IMG/VR virus record: IMGVR_UViG_3300033143_005075
Location: 1 to 64,000 of that record
From: an uncultured virus (IMG/VR IMGVR_UViG_3300033143_005075)
Lineage: Duplodnaviria; Heunggongvirae; Uroviricota; Caudoviricetes
Direction: 5' to 3' (one strand)
DNA: 64,000 nucleotides
Under the pieces are notes generated by a model. It ran no database searches, was not told where the DNA came from, and worked only from the letters and a program-made list of their open reading frames with translations. The translations under genes and the position numbers were made by a program. Positions 1 to 9,033 of the stretch are shown here, piece after piece; position 1 is the first letter of the stretch; the number at the start of each line of letters is the position of its first letter.

Positions 1-15
1 ACAGAGAAAGCATTC

Positions 16-396
16 TTGTCGCAGGTTACTGAGTTACGGAGAGAAAATGAACTCGATAGGAAACAAGCTCGAGCTTTGTATGACTATATCAAGGATAACA
101 TGCCCACGGAAACCAGCGGTGCACATTGGGTAGCTCATTGGATCATGGATAAACTTCGTGATTTCGCGGATAGCATAGGCAAACCGAACCTGTATGATGA
201 TTGGGAGTTCATCCTGATACAGAAGACTTGCGATAGCCACATACTTCATATATGGTATAAAGGTTGGCTACCGTTCATTCAAGAACTTTGCAAGGAGCTC
301 AAAATTGAATACAAAGAACCCTGGAGCCCAGAATGCTCCGAAATCTACAAAACCACTCCGGAAGACTTACATGTGCCTATTGAAGAAATACCGTGA
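16..396 (+). CDS. hypothetical protein (probably 5'-truncated by window edge)
   Basis: ORF track; co-oriented with downstream genes. Confidence 0.55.
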   Translation: MSQVTELRRENELDRKQARALYDYIKDNMPTETSGAHWVAHWIMDKLRDFADSIGKPNLYDDWEFILIQKTCDSHILHIWYKGWLPFIQELCKELKIEYKEPWSPECSEIYKTTPEDLHVPIEEIP

Positions 397-471
397 GGTT
401 GTCGCATCTTTTATGAACCTAAAGACCAAACTCCGTATGAAGTGGTTCTTAAAGAAGTATGACATCAAAGA

Positions 472-1089
472 TTGGTGGAAAGAGCTCTGGTGCAGACATC
501 ACTGGATAATCCAGATACACTGTATCACGAAAGGGAGTTACATATTCGTATGCAAAAAGTGCCAAAAACACAGTCCAAAGATATAAGGTTTACTGTCAGA
601 GGCATGTTCCGTGCCGCAAAGAAACATATGGATGCACTCCGTGCCCGAGAACACAAGATAATCCAGCAGAAACTAAAGATTGCATCGGTAGTCATCTTCT
701 CCAACGATGTCATGAGATACTTCACTTGGGAATATAGTCCTCATTTTCATAACTTCACTATCAGAACAAGACGAGCACTACCAAAGTATGTCATAGATGG
801 AATCAGACCACTTGTTAGAGACTCATTCGACTTTTCATGGTACAGCAAGAACGGAAAGGTTGAGGTAAGAGCCAGCGTTATGCCAGACACAGTAGATAAC
901 AAATGGCATCTCTTGATGCACTTCTATAAGGCTAAAGATATGCATGCATTTATAGAAGAACACAAGATCAAAGTTGTTTCAACAGAACTATTACTACAGG
1001 TCAGAAACGATCTTAAAGAGCAACTACAATTCGTCGAGGACAAAGTAAAGACAATGCGAGAACTCGAAAAACGTAAGAAAAAGACTTGA
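472..1089 (+). CDS. hypothetical protein (start uncertain)
   Basis: 205 aa ORF; N-terminus overlaps a small Cys-containing ORF ending at 586. Confidence 0.55.
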   Translation: MVERALVQTSLDNPDTLYHERELHIRMQKVPKTQSKDIRFTVRGMFRAAKKHMDALRAREHKIIQQKLKIASVVIFSNDVMRYFTWEYSPHFHNFTIRTRRALPKYVIDGIRPLVRDSFDFSWYSKNGKVEVRASVMPDTVDNKWHLLMHFYKAKDMHAFIEEHKIKVVSTELLLQVRNDLKEQLQFVEDKVKTMRELEKRKKKT

Positions 1090-1116
1090 CATGGTCAAGT
1101 ATCAGCTATATTACAT
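1086..1116 (+). promoter_or_regulatory. putative sigma70-like promoter
   Basis: TTGACA at 1086-1091 in the intergenic gap, AT-rich imperfect -10 (TATATT/TATTAC) downstream. Confidence 0.4.
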
Positions 1117-1137
1117 CACGATTAAAAGGAGAACACA

Positions 1138-1674
1138 ATGCCAGAAGAGAAGAAACCAGAAAAGATCATCGAGGGGCTGAAAAGACTCCGGGTCCTGGAG
1201 AAGCGCTGTCACGATACAGCTACTGACATTCAGGAGTATGCATCCGTGGTTTCTACCGAGATCCCTCGGTTCGAGACAAAAGAGAAACAGACCGCCAAAG
1301 TCGCTTCCCTTGTCCAATCTGTCGAAAGCATGGAACGTGAGATGCGCGGACTGAAGCTCCAGATTGATCGAACTAACATGTCCGTCAAAGTCACGATCCA
1401 AGGGAAAGAGTACTCTCTGGCTGATCTGCTGTACATCCGCAGGAAGACCAAGAACCTTGTATCGCTGGCGTACAACGCCCTGAACCTGCACGAAGCAGAA
1501 AGCCGCATGAGTCGTCTGAGCATGCGTGCTCGGGAGAACGAGAAAACACCCACTGCCATGGCGATGTTCAACGAGGACGACAAGCGCAAGAAACAGCGTG
1601 CGTGGCAGGACCTTCTGGACGAGATTGAATCGCGTTTGGAAGTGATAAATGCCACCACAAACATGGTCGACTAG
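1138..1674 (+). CDS. alpha-helical coiled-coil protein, DIP1984-like by recollection
   Basis: AAGGAG RBS; motifs KIIEGLKRL, LKLQIDRTN-x-V-x-V-x-I, SLADLL and IESRLEVINATT resemble DIP1984-type proteins. Confidence 0.6.
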   Translation: MPEEKKPEKIIEGLKRLRVLEKRCHDTATDIQEYASVVSTEIPRFETKEKQTAKVASLVQSVESMEREMRGLKLQIDRTNMSVKVTIQGKEYSLADLLYIRRKTKNLVSLAYNALNLHEAESRMSRLSMRARENEKTPTAMAMFNEDDKRKKQRAWQDLLDEIESRLEVINATTNMVD

Positions 1675-1683
1675 ACAAAAACT

Positions 1684-1999
1684 GCATCTTCTGTGATGTA
1701 AACAGAGGAAATAGAGAGCGTCCTTGACACGAACGATATCGTGATCAAACTCACTGAGGAATAGGCCTGAAACCTATATTCAGATTGGTATCGCATTAGC
1801 GATCCACGACTCAAATATAACGACTTATGACTCACGACATCACGACTCACACACTACCCAGGTGACTAAACTCGGGTTATCATGTGTCAGGACAAAAGAC
1901 TTACGACATGGTGTTCGGTGAATTCCGACACTGGAGAAATCCAGATCATGTGTAGCTACTCTCGGCATCCACACACAACTGGCTGTCATTAGAAGATGC
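1684..1999 (+). ncRNA. putative structured ncRNA (~315 nt) with internal heptamer repeats
   Basis: 1684-1698 pairs with 1984-1999 (15 bp with one bulge, including G-U pairs); 1720-1731 pairs with 1883-1893; several local hairpins; T-run at 2000-2008; no + strand ORF in the track. Confidence 0.65.
1806..1849 (+). repeat. tandem ~7-nt repeats, ACGACTC/ACGACTT-like
   Basis: ACGACTCA 1806, ACGACTTA 1820, ATGACTCA 1827, ACGACATCA 1834, ACGACTCA 1842; further AAGACTTACGACAT at 1896-1909. Confidence 0.8.
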
Positions 2000-2047
2000 T
2001 TTTTCTTTATGCTTTCAAGGAATATCACAAGTTAAAACAGAAACAAC

Positions 2048-2120
2048 AGCAGGGTGGAGCAGAGGTTAGCTTGAGTGGCTCATAACCACTAGGTCACTGG
2101 TTCGAATCCAGTCCCTGCTA
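2048..2120 (+). tRNA. tRNA-Met(CAT), initiator-like
   Basis: Full cloverleaf: acceptor AGCAGGG/CCCTGCT, D arm GAGC/GCTT, anticodon arm AGTGG-CTCATAA-CCACT, T arm ACTGG-TTCGAAT-CCAGT; no encoded CCA. Confidence 0.93.
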
Positions 2121-2121
2121 A

Positions 2122-2229
2122 ATGGAAAAATGCGAAGCACCATCAGCTAATATACTAGTTATTGCAGTAGTGGTTATAATCATCATGCCGTTCTGTCTAT
2201 TCTTAGCACTAAAGAAGGCAATAAAATGA
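2122..2229 (+). CDS. small membrane protein (35 aa)
   Basis: Read by eye: MEKCEAPSANILVIAVVVIIIMPFCLFLALKKAIK; one hydrophobic helix. Confidence 0.4.
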   Translation: MEKCEAPSANILVIAVVVIIIMPFCLFLALKKAIK

Positions 2230-2284
2230 GATCAAAAGTCCTGAAAAGTAACGATGACTTATTTGATCCATACAGAGGTGACAT

Positions 2285-2686
2285 ATGCCCGATATTGACA
2301 ACATCTTCGACCCCATCCCAGGAGAACCAATCAAAGAAGTTAAAGAAGAGAAGAAGACAGAGACGAAAGAGGAAGAAGACGCACAAGAATGGTGCAAAGA
2401 AAACCGCGCAAGAATTGAGTTCCTAGATAACGGAGTGAGAGTAACAACTAACACTTGTGGAATGGAACTCTGTAGTAGTGGCTTAAACCTTAAAATTGCT
2501 GTGTCAAACATCAGAGAAGTAATCGATCCATATAATAAAATTTGGTGTGAGATTATAGCTACACTTGAAAGATCTATGATTTCTAATGATGTAACAGCAC
2601 AAGGAGTTGATAAACTCCTCACAGCATTTAAGATAGCAGTAATGCCACGTATTCTAGAGTGGGAAAGGACAAAAAGAGATTCGTAA
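2285..2686 (+). CDS. hypothetical protein
   Basis: ORF with GAGGTG RBS; N-terminal DNIFDP motif. Confidence 0.65.
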   Translation: MPDIDNIFDPIPGEPIKEVKEEKKTETKEEEDAQEWCKENRARIEFLDNGVRVTTNTCGMELCSSGLNLKIAVSNIREVIDPYNKIWCEIIATLERSMISNDVTAQGVDKLLTAFKIAVMPRILEWERTKRDS

Positions 2687-2692
2687 CAAACT

Positions 2693-3088
2693 ATGAGAAT
2701 AAAACATGCACAAAATGATCCAAATGGCCAATTATTTGACCCCACAAGTGACAAGAAACTGAATATCAACCATCCCCACCGAAAACGAGAGAAACAAACA
2801 ACTCTCGCAGCAGTTATAAAATGGTGTGAAAATATGCAAGTACATATTAATACATCATTTAGTAGCATGGAAAGTATGAAAATTAGAATAAGTCTTAACT
2901 CAAGATCAGTAGTTGGGCCAAATATTCTTATAGCAGGACGAAGACTAATGAAAATATTCGATGATCTTCGCAAACTAAGAGAAGCATCTACTGCATTTAT
3001 AAAAACGCTACAAAACTACGGATTAGGCGACGAAGACATTATCAACGAACTAAAAACACAAATCGATCAGCTCAAAAAGGAGGATTAA
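2693..3088 (+). CDS. hypothetical protein
   Basis: ORF tiling the operon; N-terminal QLFDP motif. Confidence 0.6.
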   Translation: MRIKHAQNDPNGQLFDPTSDKKLNINHPHRKREKQTTLAAVIKWCENMQVHINTSFSSMESMKIRISLNSRSVVGPNILIAGRRLMKIFDDLRKLREASTAFIKTLQNYGLGDEDIINELKTQIDQLKKED

Positions 3089-3146
3089 TTACAATATCAG
3101 CAATGGCTCATCTGTAGCCAATATACCAAACTATGGGAGGAAACGA

Positions 3147-6100
3147 ATGACGAGTTTCAACGACCTGCACGTTGAATTCGCCACGGGAGCTTCTGCGCAA
3201 CTAAGTGTATTATTCGAAGATGGCGAAATGAAAATCGACATCACTGCGAACACCAAGCGCGGAGAGAAGAAGGCGAGAGTCGTGGCACGTGACTACGACC
3301 GAATGATCCCACCGTATTATGTAATGTTATCACCAGTATGCATCACACATGACCAAGAAGTATCCATTACACAATTTCTTAAGTACAACTGGGAAAAGAA
3401 GATGCTTCATATTCCACATGAGCATCATCGTGCTTCTACGTTCGATGGAACAGCTACCGAGAGAATACTGCAACGTGCGGTATTCAGTGATGCTGAATTA
3501 GCCAGGTTTAAACAAACCTTCGGATGGATACCAGAGAGCAGGTATCTGAACTTCAGTGAATTCAAGAAAGTTATCGCAACTACGTTACCATCGTGCTACA
3601 ATGCTGCCCGATGGCGCCTCGTAAGGAAGAATACCCTGATATACGAGAAAGTAGTCTCCAAGCTGTATCAGTTTGCATGTGAGAATATCAGTCAGGGTAT
3701 GCTTCAAAGAATAGTATCCAACGAAAACTCGCTCAGAATGGAGTATATTCCTAGCCGTCTAAAAGCTAGAGATGTAGCAGGCAAGGTTGTGCTTCCATTT
3801 GGAGCTCCAGAAAAGATTTACAATAACGAATATCTTGTCATGAGTGATACCCAACAGAGCGGAAAAGCAGGTGAGATAGTACACCTGAGTTTGGGAACCA
3901 AAATCACTAGCGATGGAGATGTCATTGCATATGGTAAGTACCCAGTAAGCTGGATCTTTGCTCACAACCCATTTCATCGACATATCTCGCCGAACAGACA
4001 AGTCGTGGCCAGATATACAACACAAGCATGTGAGTTACTCTACGATGAGCCTCCTCTCATGTTAAATCCAGAAGCAGACATGAATGATGAGCCAGAATTC
4101 CGACCCCATGGTCGAAATCTTCTGGCAGCAAGAATGGAGTATTATGGATATACTCATGAAGATGGCTGTGTCATTTCGAAAGAAGCATCTGAAGAATTCA
4201 TAACAATTGTCAAACACTATGATATCTTCAAAGCCAGAGATGCAGAATTGGCGGTACAACCTCTGCGAATCAATCCTGCAGAGATGATCCAGAAGTTCCG
4301 CTCCGCGGTGAACACTCTAGATGCATATGTAAACAGAGGACACCTCGGGAAATGCAAAGCCGGACCTATGCGATCATCTCTACAGAGAACAGCTATCGTG
4401 ACGGACATAAGAATCGAGAATGGAGACGACTCCGATGAAAACGTAAAGTATATACAAGTTGAATCGAGTTATCCCTTAAGATTATCAATCGGTGACAAAC
4501 TGGCAGATCATCATGGCAACAAGGTTATTGTGGCAAAAATCCTGCCAAGAAAAGATATGCCAAAGATAAATGATCAACCAGTAGATATCATCGTTCCACC
4601 ATATGTCGGAAAAAGGTGCTGTCCGAGTCGAATTCTTGAAGAAATGTATAGCATATATGCCCGAAAGACAACACAAGGCAAAATGCCCCTTTTGGCAAAT
4701 GACATTTCATTCAAAGATGCTACGAAGAAACTCAAAGAAGTTAAACTACCTCGAGAAGCACTAGTTGTAGACTGGACAAATGGTAGCTGGTATGAAAACG
4801 TGGGCTATGGTTGGGTTAGATACTTTCGACTTGAACAACATGCCGAATCAAAGGCTAAGGCCAGCAGGGATGTCCTAATGGACTATAGAGGAGTCGCTCC
4901 CCGCGGTAAAGGTATGTATACTCTTGCTGATGTTATGTTTAGCTTATACTCTGTTAATGCGGATGAGCTCATAAAAGAGATAGTCCTCGAAGTACGCAAA
5001 ACGCAAGCGGAAGAGGCGACAATCGATCATATGCAATGTTTCGGATTTACACTAGAAGGCGGATTTATTAAGAAATCCAGAAATGGCTTCTTGGTGCCGA
5101 AATCGCAAATGGATGGGATTGTGATCGATACAGCAATCGACCGAACAGCACTTACAGCTGAAACTGATATCGTGGAATCAGAACTACGTGAGAGAACAGT
5201 TCTAGATCCACGGCTTCTAAAGTCAAATGGCTATGTTCGAGTTCCAAAAGACATGAAGTTAATTTTAGGTGCATTCGCAAGATCGATAAATGTACCATCA
5301 TATGACCCAACCCAATTTGAGCGAAATGCACGAATGGGCCGAGATAAAGTGAAAACCGAAGATGTATATGTGTGCTCGGATGGCGAAATGTACATCAGAG
5401 TACCGAAAACGCTAAAAGCCCATATGCTCAATAATGGAAGTTTCACAGTTTCGGATGTTCAGAACGCATTGAACACATTGCTCGTATACTTCCAGAACTT
5501 CGAAAAGCACAAAGCTGGAGGATATGACAATCCATGGATAGAGCGAAGTATGATAACTCGCTCAAATCAAATGTTCAACATGGTAATGAATGGTATCGCA
5601 AAGCGTCTGTTCAGGAAGACAGGTATAATCCGAATGCTGGCATTTCCAAGAGTTATCAGAAGCTGCCATGCAGTAATATCGGGTAATCCACAACTAGACA
5701 TGACAACATGCGAGATTCCAATTCGGCTATTTAAGAAATGGTGTGCATCTGCCGATTTCCGAAAATCCTATATGATTCCGGAAGATGACTGGATGGACCT
5801 AACAACAGGATCCATTAATTCTATCCTGAAACGCCAAAAGGCAAGATGCCTAATCAGCCGAAATCCGGCACATCAGGTAAACAACGTAGCAGGCATGAGA
5901 ATGCTAGTATGGAAGGGAAACACAATTCGCTTCAATCCAGCATTAGTTACTGTTTTCGATGGTGACTTTGATGGCGATACAATGATTGCATATGCTCCAT
6001 TAGGAGCAAAGGCAAAAGCAGACTTGAGCAAAATCTGGATCGCCAAGTATTTCAACATGCTTTCTTGTTCCAAAGCCTTAAAGGGGCTCAAAATCTCTCC

Positions 6101-6773
6101 CCGCGAAAATCTCATGAAGCGGAAAGTAGACTTTCGGTTTTCAATGTCCACTGGTACCAGCGAAAACTGGAGAGATATCCGCGACAGATATAGCAAAGAG
6201 AAAAATGCTGACTTCAACAGGTATATGAAGGGAAGAGTCAGCATTGAGCACATAGTTAAAGGTCAGGCAGCTGCAGCAGCCGAGTTCAGATTTATGAAAG
6301 AAGGTGCTGCAAATGCCGGTAACATTGGTAATATCATGCGAAATATCATGGTGCAAGATCATGGTAGAGTAGGGATTACATATGCAAATGATCTCTACCA
6401 TTCACTCGCACAGCCTGCTCTAAACAGTAAGAATAGTGAAGGGCAAAAGGCTACTCTAGATATAGTAACAAATATGCTAAGGTCACTGGAAGCAGTCCCA
6501 AGACAGGAACTGCAGGACGAGCTCTCAAAGCTCGTGCGCCTGCCAGAGACCGCGCAGAAGGTGGTCGAAAGCATGTTTAAAGGTGGTAAGTGGCAGTCCG
6601 GCGTCAGCGTAATATGCGCAAGGACAACACCAGTTGCTCATTCCATAATGAGCGGAGGAGTTATAAGTCTCCATCGAGCAGCGGCTCAAGGTGATGACGG
6701 GAGCATTGTAAGTCTCTTCCTTCAAATGGCTTCAAGAAGCAACACAATGGTGATGTCGGATACGTCGAAGTAA
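3147..6773 (+). CDS. single-chain two-barrel DNA-directed RNA polymerase (beta-like + beta'-like fusion)
   Basis: beta-like motifs YGYTHEDGCVIS and GDKLADHHGNK; beta'-like motifs AVISGNP, LISRNPA and catalytic FDGDFDGD; GGGAGG RBS. Confidence 0.88.
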   Translation: MTSFNDLHVEFATGASAQLSVLFEDGEMKIDITANTKRGEKKARVVARDYDRMIPPYYVMLSPVCITHDQEVSITQFLKYNWEKKMLHIPHEHHRASTFDGTATERILQRAVFSDAELARFKQTFGWIPESRYLNFSEFKKVIATTLPSCYNAARWRLVRKNTLIYEKVVSKLYQFACENISQGMLQRIVSNENSLRMEYIPSRLKARDVAGKVVLPFGAPEKIYNNEYLVMSDTQQSGKAGEIVHLSLGTKITSDGDVIAYGKYPVSWIFAHNPFHRHISPNRQVVARYTTQACELLYDEPPLMLNPEADMNDEPEFRPHGRNLLAARMEYYGYTHEDGCVISKEASEEFITIVKHYDIFKARDAELAVQPLRINPAEMIQKFRSAVNTLDAYVNRGHLGKCKAGPMRSSLQRTAIVTDIRIENGDDSDENVKYIQVESSYPLRLSIGDKLADHHGNKVIVAKILPRKDMPKINDQPVDIIVPPYVGKRCCPSRILEEMYSIYARKTTQGKMPLLANDISFKDATKKLKEVKLPREALVVDWTNGSWYENVGYGWVRYFRLEQHAESKAKASRDVLMDYRGVAPRGKGMYTLADVMFSLYSVNADELIKEIVLEVRKTQAEEATIDHMQCFGFTLEGGFIKKSRNGFLVPKSQMDGIVIDTAIDRTALTAETDIVESELRERTVLDPRLLKSNGYVRVPKDMKLILGAFARSINVPSYDPTQFERNARMGRDKVKTEDVYVCSDGEMYIRVPKTLKAHMLNNGSFTVSDVQNALNTLLVYFQNFEKHKAGGYDNPWIERSMITRSNQMFNMVMNGIAKRLFRKTGIIRMLAFPRVIRSCHAVISGNPQLDMTTCEIPIRLFKKWCASADFRKSYMIPEDDWMDLTTGSINSILKRQKARCLISRNPAHQVNNVAGMRMLVWKGNTIRFNPALVTVFDGDFDGDTMIAYAPLGAKAKADLSKIWIAKYFNMLSCSKALKGLKISPRENLMKRKVDFRFSMSTGTSENWRDIRDRYSKEKNADFNRYMKGRVSIEHIVKGQAAAAAEFRFMKEGAANAGNIGNIMRNIMVQDHGRVGITYANDLYHSLAQPALNSKNSEGQKATLDIVTNMLRSLEAVPRQELQDELSKLVRLPETAQKVVESMFKGGKWQSGVSVICARTTPVAHSIMSGGVISLHRAAAQGDDGSIVSLFLQMASRSNTMVMSDTSK

Positions 6774-6783
6774 CTGACACAGT

Positions 6784-6826
6784 GGAGGACACGAATGGTC
6801 AATGTATCATTCGTGTCCCCCTTTTT
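6784..6826 (+). terminator. intrinsic terminator after the RNAP gene
   Basis: GGACACGAATG/CATTCGTGTCC stem followed by TTTTT. Confidence 0.7.
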
Positions 6827-6840
6827 ACAAAGGAGAAAAC

Positions 6841-9033
6841 ATGGAGAGCGTAAGTAGGCTTGCAAAAGCAATATTAAGAGAGTTTGACTCGTCCCCAAAG
6901 ACGATTAACTCACTAACAAGATGCATTTCGAATGCTATGACAAGAACCGAACAACTCGGAGATAATGATGTCATGCTTAAAGAAATCGCCACTAAGGCCG
7001 GCAACAAGAAGACCACCATGAATGAGGTGCTCTTAGTTGCTAGTTCGATATCCAGATCCCGATTATCCAATGAAATAGAGAGCACTGATATCGTATGTGC
7101 TGCTGCTAAGATAGCTAAATACACAAGCAACCACTTATACAGCTACATTCTATCAGAGAGTGGAACAAGGGTAGCATCAAAGGTAGAAATGCCAGGGAAC
7201 ATGTGCCTGGACTCCCTAGAAGAACCAATAGTAGGTCGCTTACATGAAATCACACAACTAGCAGCATGCATAGCTAGAAAGAACAGAGTTCCATTTGTTA
7301 TTGGTAAAACTGGTGTCGGTAAGACCTCTGTTGTAAAAGGACTCGCACGACTACTTGCATTCAATGCTATTCCTCAATTAAACGGAATGGTACTCCTTGA
7401 TACAAGTAAGTATCTTCAACCACCAGTTGAGTTAGCTCAGGGACAAATGCAAATGATCCAACCTAACATACCGACTAACACAATTCAAGGCCTACAACTG
7501 CCTGGATCTGCAGAACAGTCCAGAGCAATAGGTGTGTTTGATGGTGCTGGTAAGCAACATGCTCAACAGATTAATACAATGCGTAAGCACAACAGAGTCC
7601 TTGTTACATGTGACGAAAGTGAATATTCGGCTATTGTGGATACATCCAAAGAGCTAAAGAAGAGTGCGGTGGTGATCCGTGTGTCTGAACCTTCTGATGA
7701 AGAGACAAAGAAAATCATGCATATCAAGGCTAAGAAGTTTGAGTATGATTTTAACTGTAAGATCGCTGATGATGTACTCGATTATGCAGTTGACGTATCA
7801 ACTAAGTTCCATAGTGAAGCAAGCCAACCAACAAAAACATTAACTCTGATGGAAATCACATGTGCAACCAAGAGAGTAAAGATTACAAAGGACTCAAGCT
7901 TTCTTGAGACTGATATCGAGAAGGAAATCCGGGACGGAAATATTCCCCTTCTGAAGAAGCTGATTGAAGCAAGTGGAAACGAGAGCCTAGCAAAAGCAAT
8001 GCTAGTTGCTGATACTGCTGACATTAATAGAGAGGAAGTCAGTGATACATTAAGAATTGTTGCTGATATCTCTCCGAATGTCCCACTTGCAGCAATTACT
8101 GCAGACTCTGTTAAATTACTGCAAATGTTGGAACCTTATGTGAAAGAGAAAGTTTATGGTCAAGATGATGCTATATCATCGATCTGTAAAGCCATCAAAA
8201 GAAAGAGTCTTGGCTTAAGTGATCCCCAAAGACCTGCAAGTTTCCTATTTGTGGGACCAACTGGTGTTGGAAAAACATGGCTTGCCACTCAGATTGCAGA
8301 GCTAATGTTTGGCAGCGATAAGTCACTGGTCAGATTCGATATGTCTGAATACATGGAAAGACACAGTGTAAGCAAACTGATTGGAGCACCTCCCGGATAT
8401 ATTGGCTTCGATAAGGGAGGACAGCTCACTAATAAGGTATATAATAGACCTCATTGTGTCTTACTACTTGATGAGATCGAGAAGGCACATCCAGATATCC
8501 TGAACGCTTTACTTCAAGTACTTGAAGATGGAAGACTAACCGATAGCAGAGATAGAGAGGTAACATTCAGACACTGTATCATTATTATGACCAGTAATCT
8601 AGGCACAAAGCGAAGCATTAAATATGGAATGGGTTTTGGTAAAAGCAAGGACGAATCATCCAAAGAAAAGGTCAGTGATGAAATCAAGGGGTTTATGAGC
8701 CCAGAGTTTATTAACAGACTTAATATGATCGTATACTTCAAATCTCTATCTGATAAACCTCTCAAGAGAATCCTACAATATCAACTAAACCATCTCGGAG
8801 AGTTTTCCTCATATAAGATCAGCATCAAGGATGGAGTTATTGATCATATGATGAAAAGAGTTAAGGATAACGAAAAGGTCGAACTCTATGGTGCTCGAGA
8901 GGTCAAGAGGATTATCGAAACTGAGGTTACAGACCAAATCGCGAATGAGATCATAAAAGAAGGACTACCAACGGGAACAACAGTATTCCTCAAGATAGAG
9001 AATGACAAGCTAGTAGCTAAAAAGGAGAAGTAG
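6841..9033 (+). CDS. ClpA/ClpB-family AAA+ chaperone
   Basis: Walker A GKTGVGKT and GPTGVGKT; RFDMSEYMERHSVSKLIGAPPGYIG; LLLDEIEKAHPD; GAREVKR; start placed at the ATG behind AAGGAG. Confidence 0.92.
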   Translation: MESVSRLAKAILREFDSSPKTINSLTRCISNAMTRTEQLGDNDVMLKEIATKAGNKKTTMNEVLLVASSISRSRLSNEIESTDIVCAAAKIAKYTSNHLYSYILSESGTRVASKVEMPGNMCLDSLEEPIVGRLHEITQLAACIARKNRVPFVIGKTGVGKTSVVKGLARLLAFNAIPQLNGMVLLDTSKYLQPPVELAQGQMQMIQPNIPTNTIQGLQLPGSAEQSRAIGVFDGAGKQHAQQINTMRKHNRVLVTCDESEYSAIVDTSKELKKSAVVIRVSEPSDEETKKIMHIKAKKFEYDFNCKIADDVLDYAVDVSTKFHSEASQPTKTLTLMEITCATKRVKITKDSSFLETDIEKEIRDGNIPLLKKLIEASGNESLAKAMLVADTADINREEVSDTLRIVADISPNVPLAAITADSVKLLQMLEPYVKEKVYGQDDAISSICKAIKRKSLGLSDPQRPASFLFVGPTGVGKTWLATQIAELMFGSDKSLVRFDMSEYMERHSVSKLIGAPPGYIGFDKGGQLTNKVYNRPHCVLLLDEIEKAHPDILNALLQVLEDGRLTDSRDREVTFRHCIIIMTSNLGTKRSIKYGMGFGKSKDESSKEKVSDEIKGFMSPEFINRLNMIVYFKSLSDKPLKRILQYQLNHLGEFSSYKISIKDGVIDHMMKRVKDNEKVELYGAREVKRIIETEVTDQIANEIIKEGLPTGTTVFLKIENDKLVAKKEK

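Noticed and set aside
1806..1909. Repeats as a CRISPR array or replication iterons
   Set aside because: Units are only ~7 nt with no unique spacers and lie inside a base-paired RNA-like frame; an origin cannot be fully excluded
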